A DNA stretch of 64,000 bases from assembly GCA_032718475.1 (NCBI GenBank), contig JAUCBJ010006596.1:1-64000 (forward strand). Direction: 5' to 3'. Positions 23,940-36,503 of the stretch are shown in pieces. The stretch's first letter is position 1, and each line of letters begins with the position of its first letter. The position numbers and the translations under genes were made by a program. The notes under the pieces are model-generated. The model did not search any database and had not been told where the DNA came from. It was given only the letters and a program-made list of their open reading frames with translations. Source of the DNA: Nemertoderma westbladi (taxonomy: Eukaryota; Animalia; Xenacoelomorpha).

Positions 23940-26394
23940 CAGTCCAGCTCACCAACAGAGTGCCATCGGATCCGATCGGATCCAACACACTCCGACAGCT
24001 TCAAACAAGCACAATGCTAACCTACGGAGATTTAGTACTGTTTGATTCTGTTGGAGAAAATATTTCCAACAAGTTTAGTCTGTTGGAGCCCATCTGAATC
24101 TGTCTGAAATCCGTCTGAAAGTGTTTGAAATTTCTGTTGGATGTTGTTGGAAGCTATCTGAAGTTGTTTGAAGTTGTCTGAAGCTGTTTGAAATTGTCTG
24201 AAACTGTTGGAAGTTGTCTGAAGATGTTTGACGTCATCGGAATTTGTTGGAATTTGCCAATGCCTTACAAAAGCGTAGTTCATTAACAAAATGTCAATCA
24301 CTTTAACTCTCAATTTGAAGTGATTGTGAGGGTGTGCTATTGTCAATTATAAACCGAAACAAAGATTTGTTTCATTTAACAATTTTTATTTACATAATTA
24401 TGTCGTTAATTATATCAATTAATTAACTAGAATGCATAAACGAATAATAAATTCCTATAATATAAATTCCGATAAATGAATATAATAACACCAACACGTT
24501 TTTAATTCCTTAATTTAATTAGAAATGTAAATAATGCTATAAATATATTAGTTTCTTTGACGTAGGGCACTAAATACTGCACATAAACAGATATAAACAC
24601 AAACAGATTAAGCAAACAGTAAATATAATTACAATGAGTGAAAAAAATATTTTGGGTTAATTTTATTAGTTGTGTTGAAAGAGCATCGAAATGAAAAGGT
24701 TTGCACGTAATACTTCTAGCCCAACTATTTTTTCGCGCACCTACCCTATTTGAGTAAATTACATTCACACACTCAAAAGTTATTGCAACTTTAGTCTCTG
24801 CAAGGCGAACTTCGAAACGGAACTCCATATCCAATATTGGTTTATAGTTAAGCGGTTCCCTAGTTACGAAATAAATATTCGAGAACAATAAATTATTTAA
24901 CATTGAGTAAGGCAGCATTTAGGCAGAATTTAGGAACAAACAAGTACCTATTTAAGAATAAAATTACGTATACATGGGAAAACTTATTTTGAATATTGTC
25001 ACTACCCTTTAGTAATGATGGGTCGAAAGTCCCCCCTAGCCCTTCACAAGGGAGGGTGGACGTAGGGACGGGGCCCAACGCCAACATATCGTGATAGTTT
25101 GTCACATTGGAAGGGGAGGGGGGGTGGGGGGTGATGAAACGTGGCTGTTAATGTTAAACGTGAATGAATTAATATCATAAAGTAGTATTGAGCATTACGC
25201 ACAACCATAATAGATTATTAGATAGATAATTGGGAATGTGAAGGCCCTTGTTTTCACGTGACTGCCATGCCATATTATGATGTAATGTATATCCGCCATC
25301 TCTGAACTTGGGAGAAACGAAATTGCGACAACTATGGAGAATTGGGAAGCCTGGAAGGATCTCATTTCCACTGTCCGAGTTCGCTCGACTTAGTAGTAGT
25401 ACTGTAGTATATCCGCCATTGACGTACTGTTGTTATGTAAAAGGTAGACCTAATCACACCAGATACTAATTAAAATAATGTCTTAATAACTAATTATATT
25501 CATTCATACAATAAGCAATGAGCCAATTAAGGCTGTGATTGACAAATTAACCGCACAATTAATTAATTGACAAAACAAAAATCAAACTAGTAGAGATCAT
25601 ATCCAAACCTGTATAAATATAAATAAACGCAACGATATAACTACAGTAACACATGTACGTGTACGTACACTATGTTAACTGTAGAGGGGGATACTGTCCC
25701 TCCTGCGAAAAGCAAAATATATTTATCAGTATTTTAATTAATATAACTTAAAGAAATTGAGCCTTATTCGAAGAAATTCTACATGGGCATTTTGGACCTA
25801 TACCGCCACTGCTTGGCTCTTTGGAAGTGTATTTCCGTAAAGCTCTATTGTATGGCTCTAGACCAACCCAAAGCAACATTAGTATGTGAACACAGAATTC
25901 CATTCCCCATTCATTTCAATGGTAGCCAACTTGTCTTTCTTGTATTGGGGGTAGACCACTGGTTAGCTTTCTGCTATTGTGTTATTCCAAGATAGCGGCA
26001 GGAATAAAGAGAAATACCGACCTCACTAATGGGCTGTTCCTCCAGGTCAGCTTAAGTTACAGTGTGAATGTTCAAGGGCGCCGCCAGTGGCCAGTCCACT
26101 CTGTCGTTATTGTGGCTTTATGAATGGAGTTCCTTTAGTAGTTTTAAAAGCTTTCATTCTATCTGCGCGCAAGAAGATGGGAGTTGAGTTGGGGTTGCGG
26201 TTGAGTGTGGGTGGAGTGATTGACAGGTTGTTGGAAGTTGTCTGATTCTGTTTGAAACTGTCTGAATCTGTTTGAAACTGTCTGAATCTGTTTGAAGTTG
26301 TTGGACTGTTGGAGTTTGTCTGAAAGTGTTTGAAGCTGTTGGATCCGATCGGTTCAGATCGGATCCGATGGCACTCTGTTGGTGAGCTGGACTG
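23940..26394. mobile_element. Non-autonomous TIR DNA transposon (Tc1/mariner-type) inserted in the PLE 3' UTR
   Basis: 38-bp TIR CAGTCCAGCTCACCAACAGAGTGCCATCGGATCCGATC at both ends, TA on both flanks (23938-39, 26395-96), ~10-bp subterminal repeats, no transposase ORF. Confidence 0.9.
25300..25406 (+). mobile_element. ~100-bp 5'-truncated RTE (family A) insertion
   Basis: Matches the 3' end of 58617-59872; (TAG)n tail; 13-bp TSD GTATATCCGCCAT at 25287-25299 and 25407-25419. Confidence 0.92.
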
Positions 26395-27617
26395 TATAAG
26401 AGGATGCGGTGGAACAGTAGTTGATGTAAAAGATAGTGTAATGCGTAGGTAAACGTCACATTTATAAACCTGTGCAGCATGTACTACGTACAGATTGTTT
26501 AGGCCCTAAAGTCGCCTAAGTACAGTAAAAATACGGTCGTTTACTATATTTTGCGTTTAAGCAAAGATTGTTTTAACCTGCGTTTGGTATTTTCGAAGTA
26601 TATTAATCACAATTAAATTTAATACGTAAAACAGATAAACGCGTTGGAAAATGTATTCGTTAAGGGGATAACGATTACATTCCTGGGCGTCCATCTTTTG
26701 TGAACTATTTTTCAACTTCAATACCCGAAAGCGGGGAATTTGTGCGGATATTATACTTCCTGGTTCAGTTATTTACTGTATATTGCTATGTATTTTTATG
26801 TATTGTAAATATTTCTATTAGAATTTAGTTTAAAGGTTTCAGTTTAAGTTCTTAAACATATTATATATAAAAATTCGTAGGGGATATTTAATTTATTTTA
26901 TTTTGTTTTGCTCCTCAATGAGTGTAAAGAATGTTTCATGTTACATACTGTATATTTTCATTTATTTTGGTGCCAATACTAATTAAATGTGGGAATCGAT
27001 TTCGGAAATCTTTAGGGATATAATACGTAGGTTGTCACATTTAGTAACTATGGTGCGGCTTGTACTACGCACAGGTTGTAGGCCCTATTGTGTATTTTTG
27101 TACAGTAGAAATACGCTCATTTACTATAGCCCCCACGAACGTGTTGGGTATAACCAGCCAGCATAAGTATAATTTTTTTAGTTTAGGATTACACGTTATA
27201 GAACTGATAACGAAATAATACATACTGTATAGGTATTTGGGTCTCTTTCCCTGGGGTGTCATTAATAAAGGTGCATGTTTGTTTAATGTTGTTTATTTGC
27301 TACTATTGTTTTGAATGGATCTGTTTAGGCAATTTGCTGTCACGTATATGTAATATAAAGAAGGATAGGCCCTAAAAACTACAAACTACGCGTAGTTACA
27401 AGGGTGGGGACCTTGGGCAGCACCCCACCCCGGGGTCCTGTACCGGTCCGGTACCTAGACCAGTACTACATGACCACTGTGGTGTAGTTGGTTGCGGTTA
27501 CGGGTTTTTTTGTAGTACTTACCTAGGCCTATTTTTGTATTTTTTTATTGTAACATGTAAGTAAATATAAGCAACTGTATGTAGTCGGTGTGGTTTCCGT
27601 CTGTTTTGTTTGATTTA

Positions 27618-27656
27618 TATCCTGAAGATGGCCCTAGTGGCAGAAATTAATTGATA
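27618..27656 (+). ncRNA. Second copy of the PLE minimal hammerhead motif
   Basis: Identical to 20182-20220. Confidence 0.7.
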
Positions 27657-28806
27657 ATAAAGAACCTGTTTGTTTTCTCATTTAGTCACCAGGGCTGTAA
27701 TAACTCCGAAAAGAAAACCTATATTTCCTATATTACAATGAATGCCCTAAAATCGGCTTGCTGCGGACTGAATGTTTTCAACATACCTACCGGAGTACGA
27801 TGCGGCATCCGTAATTTATTCGTCTGTTCGTAGTCAAACAGAAGACGGTTAGGATCCCACTCCAAATTCAGTACATGAAGCAATGTAAAACTCTGTCTGT
27901 AGTACCGGCCTACCTTAGGGCAACTTATCTCAGAGGTAGTAAGAGCTATGCTGATTTAGCTTTGACCTTCATTAAGACAATTTTGTCTAGGGATATAAAT
28001 AACTACTATAAACGGGAATGGGATATGTACAGAGTGTGGGGTTACGAGTACAACTACTTTACGCGGTGGATACAGAGTAATATCCGGAACGGAACGCTGG
28101 GAGCTGACTGGGAAACTTTATTCCAATACGTGTTACGAGGGTTGGCCCGAATAGGGAAAGCAGAGAAGATGGAACGTGGTCGCATATTGGGTCGCAAGAT
28201 GGAGGATAGTACTGAGTGGAGCAGAAGACAAAGGGACGAACGTGAGATACCAAGGTGGGCAGTACGGGAGCGCCTGGTGTTTAGACCATTGGTTAAACGC
28301 ACAGCGCGGGGGGCCCTGAAGGCTGGTATGGGCGTCGCTTGCAATCCCGACGTCGACTGTTTCGGTGATCCCACCATCCATCCCAGTTCTCGCCCTAGAG
28401 ACTCCCCCGAACTCCCTGACGAAGTCCAACGAAGTTTGTCTAAGCCCGCCTGTTCCTCAAAGCCGTAACTCTGTGCCCTAGCTTCCTCCTCCCTTTCCTC
28501 TGCTTCTCTCCTCTCCCGTCTAGCGACTTCTTCCAGTCGCTTCGCCTCTCGTCTATCCGTCTCTAGCTGCTCCCATCTCTAAAAGCGAAATACATTACCG
28601 TATAATACTGAGCAGGTATCGATGCCATACAGTATTACTTGTTATATGAAGTACTGTATATAGGTAGGGTGAGTGAGGTGAGTGAGGGAGACTTGAACCC
28701 CAAAAGTTATAATCGCTCTAAAGAACAGATAAATAAATTTTTCAATGCCGTTTTAACTTTTTCACATTACATTTATGATTGCTATCATTATGTCAGAGTT
28801 TGAGAA

Positions 28807-29610
28807 CTTCAAGAACGCAGAAGTAGTAGATATCCGGCAACTACAGTCACAGACACCGACTTCGCGGATGACATCGCCCTGCACTCTAATACGCTAGCAG
28901 ATGCACAGGTTCTACTGAATAAAGTGGAGAGGGCTGCTAAGGAGGTTGGATTGCATATAAATGCTACCAAGACGGAATTTATGACTTTTAATGTTGATGG
29001 AAACTTGACAACCATTGATAATAATCAACTAAGAAAGGTTGACGACTTCCAGTACCTAGGATCATGGATAGAGAGTAGCAAAAAGGACATAGAAGTTAGG
29101 AAAGCAAAGGCTTGGGTAGCTCTATCAAAAATGGATACCATCTGGAAATCAGATCTCCCCAGGCACCTGAAGACTAAGTTCTTTCGAGCAACAGTGGAAA
29201 ATGTATTTTTATACGGGGGTGAGACCTGGACACTGACTAAATCACTTGAACAACGAATTGATGGTTGCTACACAAGACTACTAAGGGCAGCCCTAAACAT
29301 CAGCTGGAGACAACACATGACAAATGCCGAGCTTTATGGTACAATACCACCTGTATCAACCACCCTCCGTGAACGCAGATTAAGATTCAGTGGGCACTGC
29401 TGACGAAGTAAAGACGAGGTCATACCAGATCTACTTTTCTGGCAACCAACTCATGGAAAGCGTAGTCGTGGATGACCGGCCATAACATATATAGATCAAC
29501 TTTAAAGGGATACTGAACTTGGGAGAAACGAAATTGCGACAACTATGGAGAATCGGGAAGACTGGAAGGATCTCATTTCCACTGTCTGAGATCGCTCGAC
29601 TTAGTACAGT
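28807..29610 (+). mobile_element. RTE-clade LINE family A, 3' fragment
   Basis: DTDFADDI, FQYLGS, FLYGGETWTL, RRLRFSGHC; near-identical to 59066-59872. Confidence 0.92.
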
Positions 29611-29611
29611 A

Positions 29612-30715
29612 ACTAGGATCGGCATGCTGCATTGCAGCTGCATTTTAAAGAATGCTGTGTCGGCTTATCGACAAAATTGCACCGCCACAACTCCCTATCA
29701 CCCATGACATTTGCTAGATCATCCGCAACTTCAAGGCCAGTGTCCCTTGAGATGCGTCTCAATAAAGTCATGGGCTGTCCACCATGCTTATTCACTCCAT
29801 GAGGCTGCCAAGGTACAAGATTATGCACTGGCTGGTCCTCACGGCGAAAGCAATGTCCTGCAAAGCGGAGGCGATTTTGTTCTAGTGTCAAGCTTGGGGG
29901 AACCAATGAGACACCTCCAATGTTATATAGTGTCTGGTTGGAGATGTGTGCATTGTACTTGACACAACGAACCCGGCGTAGCATTCTTGTGAATGTGCCA
30001 TCCAGAGATTTGGTGTCCTCAGCAGTTAGAGCCCAGCATGGACTCCCATAGAGGAGTACTGGAACTACTGCTGCTCTAAATAATCGGACCTTAAGTTTCC
30101 GATTAATTCTCGGTGACTTCCAAATCCTGGAAAGCATATTCAACGCTGCCCATGCCTTTCCCTTACGTATTCGAAGGTCCTCACCTGACTTCCAGATCCA
30201 TGATCCCAGGTAACAGAAGGCATCCACATGCTCAAGCATACCATCTTTTGAGCTTATGCTCATCCGATCAGAGACTTGCTGAGGACTTTCAAAGTTAACT
30301 GTCAAAATTTTGTCTTTCTGGAGTTAATAAAAAGACCAACACCAGAAGCAGCATGTTCTAATGAGCTGAGGAGCCGTTGGGCTCCCTCTAGTGATTCTGA
30401 GAGTACTCCTAAGTTATCAGCAAAGTCTAGATCAGTTAGGTACTTGGCAGGATTTCCTCGACTTCTGGAGCCAGTAGGTGGAGTTATCATCACCCCAGCA
30501 TCAGTATGATGATCTAAGGACATGCGTAGAACATAGTCAACCACAATAATGAACAAGAATGGTGCAAGTGTGTCTCTCTGGAGGACGCCCCATAACACTT
30601 CAAATGGTTCTGTGTCACCGTCAACAGTAGACACAAATGTTGTCGAACCATCGTATACTGATCTGATTGCTGCAATAATTTCATCAGGAATCCCATGAGT
30701 CCTTAAGAGAACCAA
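29612..30715 (-). mobile_element. RTE-clade LINE family B, 3' fragment
   Basis: GVLQRDTLAPFLF, DLDFADNL, FCYLGS, LLYGSPCWAL, RLRFAGHC; near-identical to 45060-45629. Confidence 0.92.
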
Positions 30716-31794
30716 ATAATCAACCAGAATTCAATAAAGTTAATTTGTTCTTAGGTCACTTTTTTTGTCAAAGTCGTTAACAAGTTTGACAAAAAATAAC
30801 ACTTTGTTGTTAACATAAAAAGTTATGTTGAATTAAATTTCAAAGTAATTTCCATGACATTGATTTTTTATACTAGCTAGGCTTTTCTACTTTTTTATAA
30901 ATGTTATGAACACGTGTTAGCTATCAATTTTGATAAATAATTTTGTTCTAGAACACTTTTTATGTATATGAGAGAGGGGGGGGGGGGGGGGGGGGGTGTT
31001 GGCTGGAGAACCACGTTGATTGACAATGATTATTCAATAATTATACGAGAGATACTGAAGGCCTACTTGTTTTTTGTTTATTTCTTTTTCCATATATTTA
31101 ATTTTATACTGTATGTCTACCGGCACCTCTTACTTTTTATCACAGTGTATGAAACCAAACAAAACATTGTTGTATAAGTAGAATATATAATATATACAGA
31201 GTACTGAAGTAGTTAGCTATATAGAGCTCTAGGTCAGTAAATATTTTTTATAAGCTTTTGAGAAGGACCCTACTGTCAGAAGGTCATATAAAGGTAAATA
31301 GTAACATTTTTTGTCAAAAAAGTCTACTTTCTTTGCTACCACTTAAATGGTTATTTTTTTCACATATTATCAATTAATGGGAAGGACATTACGTTTCTGA
31401 TGTGAAATAGTAAGCTGAGTTTAATGTACACTCTAAAGTACTTTGCAGCGCGTATATACTGTGGGTCGAAGTCAAAGTGAGCCCTTTTGCTTAATTAGAG
31501 GACCGTCTATCGTCGCCTTTGAAATCTTTCAACGCAAATGAGTCGGTTAAGCTTTGATGATTACCCAACCCAGCAGAGTTAGAATTAATTACCTAACCCA
31601 GCGAATGCTTTAAGACCCCGGACTCTTTAAGCTCAAATATGAAGCGCAGAATGCAGAGTCGCATCTCTAGAACCCCTAGATATTGCTGTCAATGAAAGAT
31701 TTATATATTTTCACAGATATTTTATTAATGCAATTGAACTTAAACACTAAACTTCAAACTAAACTATAAAACTAAACTAGATAAACAAAAAAAA

Positions 31795-34646
31795 TGAAAT
31801 ATAGAAAATAATTACAAGTAAACCATCCGTTCCGAGTTCAAACAGTTTGACAGTTTGATTGAAATATAAAAAATAATTACAAGTAAACCATCCGTTCCGA
31901 GTTCAAACAGTTTGATTGAAATATAAAAAATAATTACAAGTAAACCATCCGTTCCGAGTTCAAACAGTTTGATTGAAATATAAAAAATAATTACAAGTAA
32001 ACCATCCGTTCCGAGTTCAAACAGTTTGACAGTTTGATTGAAATATAAAAAATAATTACAAGTAAACCATCCGTTCCGAGTTCAAACAGTTTGATTGAAA
32101 TATAAAAAATAATTACAAGTAAACCATCCGTTCCGAGTTCAAACAGTTTGATTGAAATATAAAAATAATTACAAGTAAACCATCCGTTCCGAGTTCAAAC
32201 AGTTTGATTGAAATATAAAAAATAATTACAAGTAAACCATCCGTTCCGAGTTCAAACAGTTTGATTGAAATATAAAAATAATTACAAGTAAACCATCCGT
32301 TCCGAGTTCAAACAGTTTGATTGAAATATAAAAAATAATTACAAGTAAACCATCCGTTCCGAGTTCAAACAGTTTGACAGTTTGATTGAAATATAAAAAA
32401 TAATTACAAGTAAACCATCCGTTCCGAGTTCAAACAGTTTGATTGAAATATAAAAAATAATTACAAGTAAACCATCCGTTCCGAGTTCAAACAGTTTGAT
32501 TGAAATATAAAAAATAATTACAAGTAAACCATCCGTTCCGAGTTCAAACAGTTTGATTGAAATATAAAAAATAATTACAAGTAAACCATCCGTTCCGAGT
32601 TCAAACAGTTTGATTGAAATATAAAAAATAATTACAAGTAAACCATCCGTTCCGAGTTCAAACAGTTTGATTGAAATATAAAAAATAATTACAAGTAAAC
32701 CATCCGTTCTGAGTTCAAACAGTTTGATTGAAATATAAAAATAATTACAAGTAAACCATCCGTTCCGAGTTCAAACAGTTTGATTGAAATATAAAAACTA
32801 ATTACAAGTAAACCATCCGTTCCGAGTTCAAACAGTTTGATTGAAATATAAAAAATAATTACAAGTAAACCATCCGTTCCGAGTTCAAACAGTTTGATTG
32901 AAATATAAAAAATAATTACAAGTAAACCATCCGTTCCGAGTTCAAACAGTTTGACAGTTTGATTGAAATATAAAAAATAATTACAAGTAAACCATCCGTT
33001 CCGAGTTCAAACAGTTTGATTGAAATATAAAAATAATTACAAGTAAACCAACCGTTCTGAGTTCAAACATTTTGATTGAAATATAAAAATAATTACAAGT
33101 AAACCATCCGTTCCGAGTTCAAACAGTTTGACAGTTTGATTGAAATATAAAAAATAATTACAAGTAAACCATCCGTTCCGAGTTCAAACAGTTTGATTGA
33201 AATATAAAAAATAATTACAAGTAAACCATCCGTTCCGAGTTCAAACAGTTTGATTGAAATATAAAAAATAATTACAAGTAAACCATCCGTTCCGAGTTCA
33301 AACAGTTTGATTGAAATATAAAAAATAATTACAAGTAAACCATCCGTTCCGAGTTCAAACAGTTTGATTGAAATATAAAAAATAATTACAAGTAAATCAT
33401 CCGTTCCGAGTTCAAACAGTTTGATTGAAATATAAAAACTAATTACAAGTAAATCATCCGTTCCGAGTTCAAACAGTTTGATTGAAATATAAAACTAATT
33501 ACAAGTAAACCATCCGTTCTGAGTTCAAACAGTTTGATTGAAATATAAAAAATAATTACAAGTAAATCATCCGTTCCGAGTTCAAACAGTTTGATTGAAA
33601 TATAAAACTAATTACAAGTAAACCATCCGTTCTGAGTTCAAACAGTTTGATTGAAATATAAAAATAATTACAAGTAAACCATCCGTTCCGAGTTCAAACA
33701 GTTTGATTTAAATATAAAACTAATTACAAGTAAACCATCCGTTCTGAGTTCAAACATTTTGATTGAAATATAAAAAATAATTACAAGTAAACCATCCGTT
33801 CCGAGTTCAAACAGTTTGATTGAAATATAAAAAATAATTACAAGTAAACCATCCGTTCCGAGTTCAAACAGTTTGATTGAAATATAAAAAATAATTACAA
33901 GTAAATCATCCGTTCCGAGTTCAAACAGTTTGATTGAAATATAAAACTAATTACAAGTAAACCATCCGTTCTGAGTTCAAACAGTTTGATTGAAATATAA
34001 AACTAATTACAAGTAAACCATCCGTTCTGAGTTCAAACATTTTGATTGAAATATAAAAAATAATTACAAGTAAACCATCCGTTCCGAGTTCAAACAGTTT
34101 GATTGAAATATAAAACTAATTACAAGTAAACCATCCGTTCTGAGTTCAAACATTTTGATTGAAATATAAAAAATAATTACAAGTAAACCATCCGTTCCGA
34201 GTTCAAACAGTTTGATTGAAATATAAAACTAATTACAAGTAAACCATCCGTTCTGAGTTCAAACATTTTGATTGAAATATAAAAAATAATTACAAGTAAA
34301 CCATCCGTTCCGAGTTCAAACAGTTTGATTGAAATATAAAACTAATTACAAGTAAACCATCCGTTCTGAGTTCAAACATTTTGATTGAAATATAAAAAAT
34401 AATTACAAGTAAACCATCCGTTCCGAGTTCAAACAGTTTGATTGAAATATAAAACTAATTACAAGTAAACCATCCGTTCTGAGTTCAAACATTTTGATTG
34501 AAATATAAAAAATAATTACAAGTAAACCATCCGTTCCGAGTTCAAACAGTTTGATTGAAATATAAAACTAATTACAAGTAAACCATCCGTTCCGAGTTCA
34601 AACAGTTTGATTGAAATATAAAACTAATTACAAGTAAACCGTTCCG
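31795..34646. repeat. ~57-bp tandem array (~50 units) overlapping the recombinase stop codon
   Basis: Unit GAAATATAAAAAATAATTACAAGTAAACCATCCGTTCCGAGTTCAAACAGTTTGATT (starts at 31861 and 31918); 56- and 65-bp variants; alternating dimer pattern after ~33950. Confidence 0.97.
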
Positions 34647-35890
34647 GATTATTTTTTAATTGTCTTTTCATTACCATAATCCGGCGCATTATTTCAGGCA
34701 AAGTCTTAGTGGGTATTAAACGGGCGACTTCCTCTCGTTTTGCTCTGTTTATTCGGCGGCCATTAAGTTCTTCAGAGAAAAATTCTCGCAGAGTGCAGTT
34801 CTCCTGCACAGTCCAAGAGACCTTGCGCCTTTTACCGGACCAAATTTTAACCTGATTGTCACGTTCACTATTATCATCCCCAGGTTCATTGCGATATTGA
34901 CGTTCGGTATTATAATCCCCATGAGAAACTTTGTCCGCAGCAACATATTGCGCAGCACATAAAATACGTCTATAGGCTTGACCGGCGTTGCTGGGACGTA
35001 GAACAGCGTCATAGGTTTTCTTTTGCGTATGTCGTGAATGTGCCATAGATTTACATACGTTTTCTATACTGTCTTCAGTACCAGGGAACAGCTGATTACA
35101 ATAGCTAACAGAATGCCGCAGTGATGTGGCACCAGCTTTGGCATGAGAATGTGGAAAAATTAATTTCCATAGAGATTGTAGTCGTTGAGTGACACTTATA
35201 TAACACGCTCCGCTCTGGGAAAGAAATACGTTTTCCAACTGGCATGGAAAGGAATACAACGCTCTGCCACATTCTACCCAGAGATTCAAAAGATTGAATA
35301 TTTCTGTGCTTACTACAACGTATTGTGGACCGATATATTTACAAGTTTTGTGACTGTCAACAGTTATAGTTAATTTTTCAGGATCATTATCTACAGGTGT
35401 GGCTTTGCTAAATTCGTTCAAAGTCATATTTGTGGCTGCTGTGGCTCTGGATCCGTTGCAGTAAACAATCACTGACATTAAAAAGGACTGCATATGCCAC
35501 AATTTAATATTATCATCCCAGTTTCCATCTTGTAATTGCTTTATAGCGCGTTTAATGTCACAAGCAAATGGTGCCTTTTGATAACTAAGCAATTCTTCAG
35601 CGTCTGGCATTTTCTCACACGCTTCTTTTTGGACTGCAAATAACCGCTTCTTTACATCTGGTTTACAGTGTTTCATTATCTTATTTATACATGCTGCCGC
35701 TGCATGAATATCAGCGCGATCGATCAAACACTTCATTTTGGGGTCAACAAGGGCAAAGTCGTAGAATATTAACAATCGCTGCAAATAAGCGTGGATAGTA
35801 GTAGGTTGTCGAATTTTACCTCCTCGTACTATATTCAGGAGTAAAATGGAGTAAAATATTCAGCGGTTTTGTGAGTTTCATTACAAAATT
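34624..35890 (-). pseudogene. Tyrosine recombinase with C-terminal Myb/SANT-like domain; 5' end disrupted
   Basis: RQPTTIHAYLQRL (core-binding helix), NGSR-ATAATNMT (R), HKT (K), ATSLRH (R), MAHS (H), KTYD (Y); C-terminal RRKVSWTVQENCTLREFF...KTLPEI. Open from ~35835 to the stop; frameshift near 35845 and a Copia LTR at 35920. Confidence 0.85.
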
Positions 35891-35919
35891 GTCTCACTAA
35901 TGTAGGTATGTACTAGGTC

Positions 35920-36503
35920 TGTTTAACTACAATTCTGCCTTCAGGCAATACTGACACTATAATCTCTTTATATTTATATAATACTGTAATACAGCAAGTC
36001 ACACCATACAATATATTCAGACCTTTCTTCGTACCGGTACTACACCTTATAACAGTTTGTCCTACACACTATTATATATATTCTTTACACTTCACCTTAG
36101 GTCCAACATTCACTCTACTTTCTTTGTTTATTAAAATTAATTATAATGTAATAACCGACATAATTATTGTCCATTTATTCATGAACTTTATCGTACTCCA
36201 CAACAATAAAATCTATTCAGTTCCAATTAAAAATAACTTCTTTATAATCTAGCAACTCTCCTCAGTCAGTTATTGATCAAACCAGGAGACCAGTTTCAAG
36301 AACCTCTAACACCATCTTTCCAGGCATCTCTTTAGTTAGACAATCGGGAATTTGTTTCTGAGTTGAAACGTGTTGAACAATGAGACCATCCAATACTGTC
36401 TCCTCCTTTAGTATAGCCAAGTCTATCTTCAGTTTCCTTTCAGCAGGTTCATTCTTGGTGCAGGTGATATGGTCATATAATCCCTTTGAATCAGCTTCAT
36501 ACT
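35920..36503 (-). mobile_element. Copia LTR retrotransposon 3' remnant (RNase H end, PPT, 3' LTR 35920-36254)
   Basis: Minus strand reads EADSKGLYDHITCTKNEPAERKLKIDLAILKEE...HVSTQKQIPDCLTK (Copia RNase H); purine tract GAGGAGAG then TGCTAG...TTAAACA containing AATAAA. Not in the ORF track. Confidence 0.75.

Larger units (their letters stand above)
18563..28321 (+). mobile_element. Penelope-like retroelement (Neptune-type), partial tandem: 3' part + full unit + 5' part
   Basis: 18563-20880 is repeated at ~23188-28321 (GIY-YIG end, 3' UTR, hammerhead, ORF start), the pseudo-LTR/tandem layout known for PLEs. Confidence 0.92.
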
